Assembly: GCA_963695335.1 (NCBI GenBank)
Contig: OY968764.1
Span: 544,001 to 608,000, forward strand
Length of the DNA: 64,000 nt
Direction: 5' to 3'
DNA from: an uncultured bacterium
GTDB lineage: Bacteria > Babelota > Babeliae > Babelales > Vermiphilaceae
The notes under the pieces are model-generated. The model ran no database searches. It saw nothing but the letters and a program-made list of their open reading frames with translations, and was not told the origin of the DNA. Both the position numbers and the translations under genes were made by a program. Positions 1-10,423 of this stretch are shown in pieces (within the stretch, counting starts at the first letter, position 1; each line of letters begins with the position of its first letter).

Positions 1-443
1 GCCCATGCATTGATCAATTTAATCTTATCTTTATCAAGACCTCTTCCATATCCTTGATAAGCCAACGATGAATCAGCAAGACGATCGGAGATAATAAGAT
101 AATTTTGTTTAAGAAGTGGTTCTATTATTTTGGAAAAATGTTCTGCACGATCAGCAGCAAAAAGAAGAAATTCAGTTTTTGAATCAAGGGGTGTTGCTTG
201 AGTTTGTACTATTTCACGTATTTTTTTTCCAACTTCCGTGTCGCCAGGTTCTTTTGTTAATTTTACATGACTGTATTTTTGTTGTAATGCGTTATAAAGG
301 TGATTAGCAAGCGTTGATTTTCCTGAGCCATCGATCCCTTCTATGGCGATAAGAATTCCACGGGTGAGTTGCATTTTTTCAGGTTCCATTGCATGAGAAA
401 GTATAGATAGCGCCAGAGTTGCTGAGATTATCATATATTTCAT
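1..443 (-). CDS. tmk: Thymidylate kinase (3' end beyond window) with signal-peptide-like N-terminal extension
   Basis: Manual translation MKYMIISATLALSILSHAMEPEKMQLTRGILIAIEGIDGSGKST...EPG...LLFAADR...DRLADSSLAYQG; P-loop and DR motifs of dTMP kinases; not in ORF track because truncated. Confidence 0.95.
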   Translation of the reverse strand, partial: MKYMIISATLALSILSHAMEPEKMQLTRGILIAIEGIDGSGKSTLANHLYNALQQKYSHVKLTKEPGDTEVGKKIREIVQTQATPLDSKTEFLLFAADRAEHFSKIIEPLLKQNYLIISDRLADSSLAYQGYGRGLDKDKIKLINAW

Positions 444-463
444 AATTGATCCTAGAAAGTACT

Positions 464-958
464 TTATTTTAATGTATTTCTTCTTACAACTTTTAATGTT
501 CTTGAAAGTCTTTTGGGCTGTTCAGCGTTATGGGATGAAATTCTTAATGTGTTATCATCATAGGTAATGTCAACTATGTCGCCAAATTTTGTTTCTGAAA
601 TACCTCCAATGACAAGTTTTTTGTGTTGACAGTTTTTCTCTTCTGGGCGTGTTGTATAGATATCAACAATAGCTCCTCTTTTGGAATGCTCTTCTTTAAG
701 ACAGAATGGTTCAGTATATGGGGAGAAAGTGAATTCTACTTTTTTGTGTAAAGGCATGTGAGAACGTATGCCGTCTTTATCTAAGTCTCCTATTGCCATC
801 CACAATGCGAAGTTGCTGTTATTGATTAATGTGACAGAAGGTTTTCCTTCAGCCGCATCTTTTATACGACCGAGCATTTCTTTGTAATATGAATCCATTC
901 CAATGATTGAGTGTGTTGATGTTGCGATGAGACTTGTAAGGAACATAAGATATTTCAT
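464..958 (-). CDS. Hypothetical secreted protein
   Basis: 164 aa ORF, hydrophobic N-terminus ending IIG-MD. Confidence 0.75.
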   Translation of the reverse strand: MKYLMFLTSLIATSTHSIIGMDSYYKEMLGRIKDAAEGKPSVTLINNSNFALWMAIGDLDKDGIRSHMPLHKKVEFTFSPYTEPFCLKEEHSKRGAIVDIYTTRPEEKNCQHKKLVIGGISETKFGDIVDITYDDNTLRISSHNAEQPKRLSRTLKVVRRNTLK

Positions 959-1043
959 AGAAAATCCCTGTATAAAAATTGTGTATGTAAAAATAGTAAT
1001 AAATACCTAATTACACACGTATTGTACAGGGATATTTTATATT

Positions 1044-1430
1044 TTACAAATTTCGTAACATGTTTCGTGTGATAATAATTTCAGTAATTTCTTGAGTAAT
1101 ATCTTCACCCAATTCATTGAGATATTCTTGTAGTGCTGTTTCACTGTTGAGATCAATGTTTCTGTGCGCAAATTTTTCCACAATAATAGTCATAAGGCCG
1201 TGAATCATATTTGCTATTGATAGCCCAACATTATGATGATTATGAGGATCTTGCACAATGGTGCAGACACCACCCATAACTTGCGCAACATTAGAGACAA
1301 TTGCTTGTTTTTGTTCTTGTGATAAAGCTGGGCGTGGTGTTTTTGGTGGCTTTTCTTTTTTTGGTCTTTTGGCAATGATTGGTGTTGCGATGAGAGTGAG
1401 AATGAGAAAGGTTTTGAGGGCTCGCTTCAT
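1044..1430 (-). CDS. Hypothetical secreted protein
   Basis: 128 aa, signal-like N-terminus, GGAG RBS upstream. Confidence 0.7.
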   Translation of the reverse strand: MKRALKTFLILTLIATPIIAKRPKKEKPPKTPRPALSQEQKQAIVSNVAQVMGGVCTIVQDPHNHHNVGLSIANMIHGLMTIIVEKFAHRNIDLNSETALQEYLNELGEDITQEITEIIITRNMLRNL

Positions 1431-1501
1431 AAACTTCTCCTGTGTTTTTGCTCATCATAAAAATGAGTGCAGGAGAAGTTCAATAATTTAGATATATAAT
1501 G

Positions 1502-1530
1502 AATTACTGCCACAGCTTGTGGCAGTAATT
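1502..1530. terminator. Hairpin, probable intrinsic terminator
   Basis: aattactgccac-agctt-gtggcagtaatt perfect 12-bp stem downstream of a minus-strand gene. Confidence 0.5.
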
Positions 1531-1583
1531 TGTAAGTTAAGAAAAAGCTTGTATTCTAAAGATATTTTTTGAATAAACTTAAA

Positions 1584-1982
1584 CTATTTTTCAACCGAAC
1601 AGATTAAGATTTCGCCGATAACTTTTTTAGATTCACTTTCTTCAATAATAATTGCTTGCCGTTCTATGGGATGTCGTTTGATAGTGAAAAATGTTGATGG
1701 TTTTTCTATTGGGAGTTGTACTATGCTAGAAGGCCAACCGTTAGGAAATACGAGAGTTTGATTTGATTTTTCGTTTTCGTGTATCAAGAAAGTTTTTGTT
1801 TTTTCCTTTTTTACATAAGGATAAGGTGATTTGTCTGTAAGCAGATTTGGATTAGGTACGTTAAGGAAAGCTTTACAGAAAAGCTCATTTTTTATAGTTA
1901 CTTTGTAAAATGGTTCGCTAGCACTGAGTATGCATGATGATAAAACTGTTGCGATTAAAAATTGTGTTTTTGTGGAGATCAT
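1584..1982 (-). CDS. Hypothetical secreted protein
   Basis: Start reassigned to MISTKTQFLIATVLSSCILSA (ATG 1982); the longer ORF runs through a repeat. Confidence 0.65.
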   Translation of the reverse strand: MISTKTQFLIATVLSSCILSASEPFYKVTIKNELFCKAFLNVPNPNLLTDKSPYPYVKKEKTKTFLIHENEKSNQTLVFPNGWPSSIVQLPIEKPSTFFTIKRHPIERQAIIIEESESKKVIGEILICSVEK

Positions 1983-2027
1983 ATTTTTCCTAAAGATGAG
2001 GTTAATACTATCACCTAGTTTTATTTT

Positions 2028-2202
2028 CCCGCGCTCGTCCTGAGCTTGTCGAAGGATATCCTTGAGCGCATTTTTATAGTGATAATAAAATATAATAAAC
2101 TTTGTATTGCTAAGCAATGATTAAAAGGAAAACATTTTTGACTAAAAAAGAATAAGCGCGCTCAAAAGATACCCTTCGACAGGCTCAGGGCGAGCGCGGA
2201 AA
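2028..2202. repeat. Inverted pair of family-A palindromic repeats
   Basis: gcgctcgtcctgagcttgtcgaaggatatccttgagcgc (2031-2069) and its inverted copy gcgctcaaaagatacccttcgacaggctcagggcgagcgc (2158-2197). Confidence 0.9.
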
Positions 2203-2259
2203 GATCGAAAATAATTTGTGCCACCGTTTGTGGCAGTTTTATAAACTTAGAAAAAATGG

Positions 2260-3546
2260 TTATTTTTTATAGACATGAACAAATTGTACATGCAGAGGCG
2301 TTGCTTTTTGGACTTGGAATAAAAATCCACGATACATAACTTCTTCATCTTTTTGTGGAATATGCTGCAACAATTCAGTTAAGAATCCCGCAAGAGAAAC
2401 GGCACCTTCAGAAACAAAAGCAATTCCTAAGAAATTACTTAAATTTTCGAGTGTAATTGTTGCATCCACAAGCCATTCACCTTCTCCCATTGGCATAATT
2501 TTACCGATGGTTGATTCATGCTCATCGCTGATTTCTCCAACAATCTCTTCAATAAGGTCTTCAAGAGTTACAAGACCGGTGAGTTGATTTTCTTCATTCA
2601 TTACCATAGCAATATGCAGTTGTTTTTCTCTGAATTTGCCTAACAGTTCAATAACAGGCATTGTTTCTGGAACAAACATAATAGGACGAATAATTTCACG
2701 CAGTTTTTTCTGTTCACCTTTGGAAAGCATAAAGAAAAGATCTTTTTGGTGAACCATGCCAATGATGTTACTGAAATCATTTTCATATACAGGAATTCGT
2801 GTATATGCATGTTTGCTAAAGAATTCGCAGACCGTTGTTATAGGTGTATTAACTTCCAGTGAGATAATTTTTTCACTTGGTCGCATCACTTCTTTAACAG
2901 GAATGTTGCCAAGTTGGAAAACGTTTTGGAGCATTTCCCGTTTTTCTAGTTCAAGCATCCCTTTTTCGTGGATGTAGTTAATCAAAAACTGAATTTCTCG
3001 TTCAGAAGCAATCCATTGAGAAGAGTTTTCAATTGCCTCTTTTCCACCCATTCTATACATAACGTAGTCAGAAAATTTTACGATGCTGATAACAAATGGA
3101 TAGAGCGTAAAATAAATGCAATTGATAAGCCAAAGTACAGATTTAAATGCTTGATCACTGCGGATACGAGCAAAGCTTTTTGGTAAAATTTCCCCAAAAA
3201 TAACAATACCCAAAGAAGCAAAAGTAATGCCGACGGTAAAACCAAAACCACCTGAAAAACCAAGATGCGTAAAGATAGTACTCATGATAAATGTTGCAAG
3301 GGATGCTGCAGTAACATCAATAAAGCTGTTTGCTACAAGAATAGTAATAAGAACACGTTGCGGTGTTCTTTCTAAGGTTTGCAATAATGGAAGATATTGC
3401 GTTGTTGTTTGAGAAAGCTCTTTAAGCCTAAAAAGACGCAAAGCTGTTATGCTTGTTTCCAAGAAGGAAAGCGTTGCACGGAACATGAGTGCAATGCACA
3501 GACAAATAAAAGGTGTAACAAGGTCACTAAGCTGGTAAGGTTCCAT
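2260..3546 (-). CDS. Hemolysin/CNNM family protein (DUF21 + CBS pair + CorC/HlyC)
   Basis: FGEILPKS, YTRIPVYE, GLVTLEDLIEEIVGEISDEH. Confidence 0.92.
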   Translation of the reverse strand: MEPYQLSDLVTPFICLCIALMFRATLSFLETSITALRLFRLKELSQTTTQYLPLLQTLERTPQRVLITILVANSFIDVTAASLATFIMSTIFTHLGFSGGFGFTVGITFASLGIVIFGEILPKSFARIRSDQAFKSVLWLINCIYFTLYPFVISIVKFSDYVMYRMGGKEAIENSSQWIASEREIQFLINYIHEKGMLELEKREMLQNVFQLGNIPVKEVMRPSEKIISLEVNTPITTVCEFFSKHAYTRIPVYENDFSNIIGMVHQKDLFFMLSKGEQKKLREIIRPIMFVPETMPVIELLGKFREKQLHIAMVMNEENQLTGLVTLEDLIEEIVGEISDEHESTIGKIMPMGEGEWLVDATITLENLSNFLGIAFVSEGAVSLAGFLTELLQHIPQKDEEVMYRGFLFQVQKATPLHVQFVHVYKK

Positions 3547-3569
3547 AATATAACAACTCTTTCTTTATA

Positions 3570-5511
3570 TTAATCTTCGTCTATCTCTTCACTATCATCA
3601 AACGATACATCATCATCTTGAGCATCGTCTTCATCGCCATCATTAAAGTTTTCTTTATCATCCAATTCTTTCTCGAAAAACGCAAGGAGTCTCTTGCTTC
3701 GGGAAGGATGACGCAGTTTTCGTAAGGCTTTTACTTCAATTTGTCTGATACGTTCACGCGTTACTGAGAAATCTTTACCAACTTCTTCGAGTGTATGTTC
3801 TGATGCAACATCAATACCAAAACGCATTTTGAGGACTTTTTCTTCACGTGGAGTTAATGTTTTAAGAACTTCGCGGACACGGTCTTTAAGATCTGAGTTT
3901 GCAACAGTGTCAGCTGGTGAAGACTCTTTTTCATTTTCGATAAAGTCTTTAATGTATGCATCTTCACTATCGCCAACAGGTGTTTCAAGCGAGATTGGTT
4001 CTTTGGAAATCTTGATGATATTTTTAATCTTTTTCTCATCAAGATTAAGTTCTTTTGCTAATTCAGCGTATGAAGGTTCGCGACCATTTTCTTGAATAAA
4101 TGTTCGTTTGATTTTATTAATTTTATTGAGCGTTTCTACCATGTGCACAGGAACACGGATGGTACGTGATTGGTCAGCAATTGCACGAGTAATCGCTTGA
4201 CGGATCCACCAGGTAGCATAGGTGGAAAATTTATAACCACGTTCAAATTCAAACTTTTCAACCGCTTTCATCAATCCAATATTACCTTCTTGAATAAGAT
4301 CTAAGAAAGTGTAAACCACGATTGACGTATTTTTTAGCAATATTAACCACAAGACGTAAGTTTGCTTTGGCAAGATTGTCTTTTGCTATTTTATCTTGTT
4401 TTTGACCAAGAATAAGCTGGTTGTAATAATTTAAAATAAGATGCTTTGGTAGACCAATTTCCACTTCAAGCTTTTTAAGTGTTTTTGTTGCCGCACGCAT
4501 TGTTGATTCAAGCTCTTCCTTTTCAACTTTTTGTTCTGGTGTTAATGAAGGAAGATCTGTGTATCCTTTTAATTGAGCGGTACTTTCTTGCGCGGTAATC
4601 TCTTTTTCATGGAACTTAGCAATATATTTTTCGATTCTTTTACAAAACTTTTTGATCAGCTTGTTAGAAAATCGTATGGTGCGGATTGTTTCACCAATTT
4701 TTTCTTTATTGCTTTTCACCGCATCAAGCATCTCTTTTTTCTTTTTAGGATCAGCAAGTTGACTGCGGTAGGAGTGATAAATTTTTTCTTCGTTATCAAT
4801 TAAGTCGCTGACTTCATGAATCGTTTTAAGTAGCGCTTTTTTTTCTTCTTCAACTTTTGGAATGTTTTCTTCATCAAATTCAGAAAATTGAATAAAGTCT
4901 TTTAAGTTAAGAATATTTTTTTCAAGTTTTTCCCCCATCTGAACAAGTTCTTTGTGAAGGAATGGGAAATGAGAAATAGCTTCAATGCTGTTGTTTTTAC
5001 TTTGAGAGATCTGATCAGCAATTGTAGTTTCTGTTTTTTTATTTAATAGAGGTATTTTCCCAATGTCACGCAAGTAAGATTTAACGCTATCAGCAACAGA
5101 AGATTCAGTATCACGCTTAATGGTGCCTTCTTCTTCCTCTTCTTCTTCGTCTTCTTCCTCTTCTTCTTCAAATTCTCCAGATTCGATGCCGAAGGTGTCG
5201 ATTTTTGATTTAAGTTTAAGGCGAGAAGGTTCAATCTCTTCGAATTCATCTTTCTTAAGATCTTCAGTTTCCATCTCTTCTTGTGTGATAAGTTCAACGT
5301 TTTCTTTCTCAAGAATACGCAAAATATCAGTAACTTCCGCATCTGTTACGTTGTTTTTATCACTAAATGCAATCAGTTCTTCATAACTCAATAAACCACT
5401 GAGTTTGCATTTCTCAATAAATTCTTCAATGATTTCTTTGTGTAAATCAATGTTAGTCGTTGTTTTTTTGACTGTTTTTTTAGGAGCAGCAGCAGGTTTA
5501 GTTTTGGTCAT
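3570..5511 (-). CDS. rpoD: RNA polymerase sigma factor RpoD with a one-base frameshift near 4303-4308
   Basis: ORF 4282-5511 has regions 1.1/1.2 and [23 protein letters not shown] 3570-4373 continues [19 protein letters not shown]...[17 protein letters not shown]...region 4. Confidence 0.95.
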
Positions 5512-5541
5512 TGTTATTCCCCACCTATTTACTTATATGTG

Positions 5542-7332
5542 TTAGAGATTATCTGAATGCGGTGCTGAAATGAGTTTATTTTGTAACTCCATTAAATCAC
5601 GCAATATCAGTGATATTTTATCTGCATTGCCTTCTTGTTTTGCTCGTGCTAGCTGTAGTTTGATGTCTCGTACGATTATTTTCCACTGTTGCTTTTGTAA
5701 TTGCTCAAGAAGCTTATCAAATGCAGTGCCATCTACGATTTCATTATTTTCAAGGAGTAATTTGCTAATATACTGTTTTTCGTATTCATTCAGTGTATCA
5801 AAAAAAAGACTAAAGGTAACCTTTTCAGTTTTTTCTTGGTTTTCCTTTAGCTTAATCAGAATATCTTTGAGGGGTGATGGGAGGTATTTTATCAGACGAA
5901 CCCTTATTTCCTCCTGCAACAGTTCCATATTGTTCATTATAGCACAAAAGATACGTTTTTCTAGCAAGGAGATAGTCTCTTCTCGCTCGTCCTGCGTGTC
6001 CGAAGAAGCCTTGCCTGCGCTTTGAAGCCTTGGCGAAAGAGGGGCGGAGTCGGAATCAGTTCTTCGCTCCAGCTCCTCCTTGAGCGATTCAAAGGGGATA
6101 TCAAAGGTCTTGGCAGCTTTTTGGAGTAAAATATCTTTTTTGAGTGGATCAGAGATAGCAGCAATCACTTCCAGAAATGATCGTGTTATTTGGATTTTTT
6201 GATTGAGTGGTTTACTGATAAAGTTTTGCCCGAGTGAATCAATAAAGAAGAAAAAGATATCTTGTGCGTTATTGATCAGATTTTGCATGTCCCCATTTTT
6301 GGCAAAGAATGATGCAGGATCATCTCCGTTGGGAAGTTGTAGAACTTTCAGTTCCAGGTTAACCTGCCAGCACAGTTCAGTAAGTCGTAAAACTGCTTGT
6401 TTGCCTGCTGCATCACCATCATAAACTATGTATATATGCTCTGCGTACCGCGCAAGTTGTTTAAGGTGTTCAATGGTACAGGCGGTGCCTAAAGTTGCAA
6501 CAGTATTCGGGATGCCTTGTTGAGTCATTGCCATGCAATCGGTATAACCTTCTACAAGAAAGATTTTTCCTGTTTCTTGAATGCTTTTTTTTGCTTTATC
6601 AAGATTAAAAAGTAACGAGCCTTTGATAAAATATTCATTTTCACGAGAGTTGTAATATTTTGGACGAGTATCATGATCTTTAAAAATACGTCCACCAAAT
6701 CCACAATGCCGGCCGAGTAAATCTTTAATGGGGAAAATAAGGCGTTCTTCAAAAGGGGAGTAGAGTGTTGTGCGGCCTTCAGCCAAAATGTGCGCATCAA
6801 TCAGATCGCGGGGTAATATTGATTGCTGTTTCATTGCATAGAGCAAATCGCTGATGCTTGCATTGCCACTTGGGAAATAACCCAGGGTAAAATAATTAAA
6901 ACTGTCTTGCCCAAAGCCGCGCTTGTTGAAATACGCTTGCGCTGATGGATTTTTGAGTAGTTGTTCATGGCACCAGAGCGCGACTGCTTTGCAGATGGCA
7001 AAATAATGATTTTTTTCCTCAGTATGCTTTTCTGAAAGCTCAAAAGAGATGTTTTGTGGCAGTTCAATACTATATTTTTCTGCCAACAGTTTTGCGGCAT
7101 CTTTTTGTGAGCAGTTTTCAATCTTTGCGATAAATGATATCGCATCGCCAGAAATGTGGCATCCAAAGCAGTAAAAGATATCTTTGTCTGGGCTTACGGT
7201 GAATGATGCAGTTTTTTCATGATGAAAAGGGCAGGTGCCTTTGTGGTATCCACCAGCTCGTCTGAGGGTCACGTATTCACTGACAACATCGAGGATTGCG
7301 ACACGGGCTTTGATGAAGGTAAATAAATTCAT
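5542..7332 (-). CDS. dnaG: DNA primase, with in-frame palindromic insert
   Basis: CPFHHEKTASF...YCFGC zinc finger, FGGR, PKYYNS, TOPRIM VEGYTD and YDGDAAG; upstream of rpoD. Confidence 0.97.
   Translation of the reverse strand: MNLFTFIKARVAILDVVSEYVTLRRAGGYHKGTCPFHHEKTASFTVSPDKDIFYCFGCHISGDAISFIAKIENCSQKDAAKLLAEKYSIELPQNISFELSEKHTEEKNHYFAICKAVALWCHEQLLKNPSAQAYFNKRGFGQDSFNYFTLGYFPSGNASISDLLYAMKQQSILPRDLIDAHILAEGRTTLYSPFEERLIFPIKDLLGRHCGFGGRIFKDHDTRPKYYNSRENEYFIKGSLLFNLDKAKKSIQETGKIFLVEGYTDCMAMTQQGIPNTVATLGTACTIEHLKQLARYAEHIYIVYDGDAAGKQAVLRLTELCWQVNLELKVLQLPNGDDPASFFAKNGDMQNLINNAQDIFFFFIDSLGQNFISKPLNQKIQITRSFLEVIAAISDPLKKDILLQKAAKTFDIPFESLKEELERRTDSDSAPLSPRLQSAGKASSDTQDEREETISLLEKRIFCAIMNNMELLQEEIRVRLIKYLPSPLKDILIKLKENQEKTEKVTFSLFFDTLNEYEKQYISKLLLENNEIVDGTAFDKLLEQLQKQQWKIIVRDIKLQLARAKQEGNADKISLILRDLMELQNKLISAPHSDNL
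5983..6054. repeat. Degenerate family-A/B composite inside dnaG
   Basis: cgctcgtcctgcgtgt...gaagccttggcgaaagaggg...; GC-rich island in an AT-rich gene. Confidence 0.7.
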
Positions 7333-7409
7333 ATTTTTTGCTTAATCTATAATGATTTGTGTTAATTATTAGTGTAGCGAGTCGTTAATGATAAGCAATA
7401 AACATTTTT

Positions 7410-8099
7410 TTATCTTTTCAACATTTCAAGAAATATCTGCGTAATTATTGTTCTAATATCATCAGGCAAAACAGTGTTATCAACAGGATAATTTTTGAGC
7501 AGCCAATGCAGCAAAGTAGTTCTCTCTTTTGCATCATCTTGATACACAACGTTAAAAGGAACTGGTACGTGAAAACATTTATTATACAAAGTAATCAACG
7601 CATATTTGCCATAGCAATCAAAAGAGAGAGATGATGGATTGTTTTTTATCGTAAAATCAATCGAATCATCGTCTATTTTTGTAATGATGTTTTCTTTTTT
7701 TATTGTGGTAAAAGTATCGTTTTTTTTGGTTTCTAGATATTTGATGAATATTTGTTTATCAGGCTTATCTTCCCTACAGCTATTTTCTAATATTATTGCG
7801 ATATATGCACTATTTGGATGGAATGCCATATTGATGATTCTATTTTGTTCTGAGAAATGAATGGCACTAAGACATTCCCAGACATCCTCACTTATTTTTT
7901 TAACTTTTTTGTTCGGACTCACATCAACAATACTACAACCACTTTCACCGTTTATAACAGCATGATTATTTGTTAAAAAGAATGCTTGGCGTGGATTTTT
8001 TATAGCAGTAATTTCTTGCAGATTTGGTTTTTCTTTTTCCATCGCCAAGCATGGGAGTGCAATGGAAAGTGTGATTAATAGGTGTAGATTGTGTTTCAT
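7410..8099 (-). CDS. WD40/beta-propeller-like secreted protein, internally shortened paralogue
   Basis: N- and C-termini near-identical to 8107-9342 (EITAIKNPRQAFFL; FLEMLKR); AFHPN blade motif. Confidence 0.7.
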   Translation of the reverse strand: MKHNLHLLITLSIALPCLAMEKEKPNLQEITAIKNPRQAFFLTNNHAVINGESGCSIVDVSPNKKVKKISEDVWECLSAIHFSEQNRIINMAFHPNSAYIAIILENSCREDKPDKQIFIKYLETKKNDTFTTIKKENIITKIDDDSIDFTIKNNPSSLSFDCYGKYALITLYNKCFHVPVPFNVVYQDDAKERTTLLHWLLKNYPVDNTVLPDDIRTIITQIFLEMLKR

Positions 8100-8106
8100 A
8101 TGTTCG

Positions 8107-9342
8107 TTATCTTTTTAACATTTCAAGAAACGTCTGCGTAATTTTCCGTGTAACATCATTTGGCAAAATCTGATGATTTTTGAGTAGCCAATAGAGAAAA
8201 ATTCTTTCTTGTTCATCAGTCCTGCATCTAATACCAACAGGAACGGGTATAAGTAAACATCTGTTTTCTGAGATGATCATGAGATTTTTGAGATCAGGTG
8301 AGAAAGATATGGAATAATTCGCTGGTTTATCTTCTTTTTTATCTTCTGTTGTTGTAAACCATGAAAGCATATTTGTAAGCGAGAATTGAGTGTTATTAGA
8401 ATTATTGGTATTAAGAGTATTATCTGTTTCGGGTAATAAAGTACTGATTATTATGTCTTCGTTTTTAACATCCCAATAGTATACATTTTTTACACCTTCT
8501 TTATCAGATAAGGCTGCTATGATTGAATCTTTTGGATGAAATGTAATTGCTTGAGTAGTTATTTTATTATCTTTGCTTGCCAAGTATTCTCGCTTGTTGG
8601 TCTTCATATCTATGATAAAGAAAACTTCTGGATTATAACATGCAAGTAGAGATCCATCAGAGTTGAATTCGCCGTTTGTATTTTTTCCATTAAAAGAGAA
8701 ATAATTTTGATCGGGGTATCGTTCAAGAAGTACATCGTTTGTGTCTATATATGTTATCTTTCCACTATTGCTATGTATCAGATATACACGTTCTTTTTGT
8801 GTTGGATGACATATAATATTTTTTACAATTGCGCTTTCATTAATCTTTTCTTCATAAGCAATAATGCTATCTATTATGGTTTCATCTATAGGTGGTTCAT
8901 AACAATTTTTATTATGAATAAAGCGTTGTATAAGATATTTATCATCTTTTTTATATGATAAAAAAATAAGGTCCGAGTGATTAAAAACAGCAGAGGTTAT
9001 GTTTGGCATACGTGATTCAAAAGAATCACATCTGAGGGCTCCAGTATATCCATCATATATATAAAAACTGTTGCTGTGAGCAAGTGCAAAGACAGATTTA
9101 TCAGGATGTATTGCAAGATACGCATTGCTGGAATTGCTTATTCTTTTAACTTCTTGACCCGTACCCACATCAACAATACTACAACCATTTTCTCCATTAA
9201 TAACAGCGCGATTGTTTGCTAAAAAAAATGCTTGGCGTGGATTTTTTATTGCAGTAATTTCGTGCAGGTTTGATTTTTCTTGTTCCATTGCCAAGCATGG
9301 TAGTGCAATAATGAGTGTAGAGAGGGTCACATGATGTTTCAC
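8107..9342 (-). CDS. WD40/beta-propeller-like secreted protein with C-terminal F-box-like motif
   Basis: LAIHPD, FNSDGSLLA, ITFHPKD, YYWDV, ISFSPD blade motifs; GTG start. Confidence 0.75.
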   Translation of the reverse strand: MKHHVTLSTLIIALPCLAMEQEKSNLHEITAIKNPRQAFFLANNRAVINGENGCSIVDVGTGQEVKRISNSSNAYLAIHPDKSVFALAHSNSFYIYDGYTGALRCDSFESRMPNITSAVFNHSDLIFLSYKKDDKYLIQRFIHNKNCYEPPIDETIIDSIIAYEEKINESAIVKNIICHPTQKERVYLIHSNSGKITYIDTNDVLLERYPDQNYFSFNGKNTNGEFNSDGSLLACYNPEVFFIIDMKTNKREYLASKDNKITTQAITFHPKDSIIAALSDKEGVKNVYYWDVKNEDIIISTLLPETDNTLNTNNSNNTQFSLTNMLSWFTTTEDKKEDKPANYSISFSPDLKNLMIISENRCLLIPVPVGIRCRTDEQERIFLYWLLKNHQILPNDVTRKITQTFLEMLKR

Positions 9343-9350
9343 AGAAAGTC

Positions 9351-10409
9351 CTATTTTTTACGTGCCGTTTGTATGATACGAGTTTTGACCCTAGTATATT
9401 CATTACAATAATTTTCATCAATATCTATTAATCGTTGTAATTCATCATTTGCTAATATCCATGGGTTGAGGCCTCTGAATTTGCCAATCAATGGTGTTGT
9501 TGCGCCTGGTATTTCATTAATTGGTTCATAATTGACAATGGTTTTCAAGCAATTACAGATGATTGCATCATCACTCAACCAGAGTTTATCCCACACAATT
9601 GGATCAGTAGAAAAATGAATGTCATCACTGGTCAGCAGACCAATATCGAGTGCTCTGCGTAATGCTCGCGCTGTCCAGGTGTATACAAAATCATTTGCAT
9701 TGCTACTCCACACCAATTCTGTGCTGCGCAGTGATGCCAGGGCTAATTTTTTTGCACTTTCTGCGTTGGTGAAATACCAATTGCCGTCAGCAAAATGTAT
9801 ATCATTCAAAATAGCAGTAACATCGTCAGGGGTGAGGGCGCCCGTTAATAAAGCTTCTTGTAAGTTATAGTCTAAGCGATCTGCACAAATATTGGGTAAA
9901 TCTTGTTCGAGCATGCAGTGAGCTCCACTTTTGTGTAGCACGGCATCAAGAGAAAGGTTATGACGTTGTAGCAATTCATCAACTTTGTACTGTTGTAAAA
10001 ACCATTCATGAATATCATCTTGGTATGAGCTGTGTAAGTTTGTGTGATTAAAAAGAACGTCAGCTACGTGAGAAAACACGGTGTGAGAAGCATCGTGCAA
10101 CAATCCTGCAATCTGTTCTTCGAGTGTTGCGCCATACATTCTGAGTAGTGCCCATACACCAACACAATGTTCGTATCGAGTATATTCTTTGTTTTGTTTT
10201 ATTATATAATCCAATGTTCCGTGTTGTCTGATACTTTTTATCCGTTGCACAACAGGGCTATTGAACAGTTCAATAAGGACCGGTTCGGTGATAGTAACAT
10301 CCCCATAAGAGGTGCTGACGGTGAGTGATTGTAGTTGTTCTGAGCCAAAACATGCTGTTGCAACTGCAAAATATGTGATGAGTACAAGATATGATAGATT
10401 GTGTTTCAT
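9351..10409 (-). CDS. HD-domain phosphohydrolase with signal peptide
   Basis: RYEHCVGV, GLLHDASHTVFSH, CADRLDY. Confidence 0.88.
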   Translation of the reverse strand: MKHNLSYLVLITYFAVATACFGSEQLQSLTVSTSYGDVTITEPVLIELFNSPVVQRIKSIRQHGTLDYIIKQNKEYTRYEHCVGVWALLRMYGATLEEQIAGLLHDASHTVFSHVADVLFNHTNLHSSYQDDIHEWFLQQYKVDELLQRHNLSLDAVLHKSGAHCMLEQDLPNICADRLDYNLQEALLTGALTPDDVTAILNDIHFADGNWYFTNAESAKKLALASLRSTELVWSSNANDFVYTWTARALRRALDIGLLTSDDIHFSTDPIVWDKLWLSDDAIICNCLKTIVNYEPINEIPGATTPLIGKFRGLNPWILANDELQRLIDIDENYCNEYTRVKTRIIQTARKK

Positions 10410-10423
10410 GATGGCTCCTATGG

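Noticed and set aside
5120..5386. Poly-Ser ORF or microsatellite
   Set aside because: Antisense of the ordinary acidic linker of RpoD
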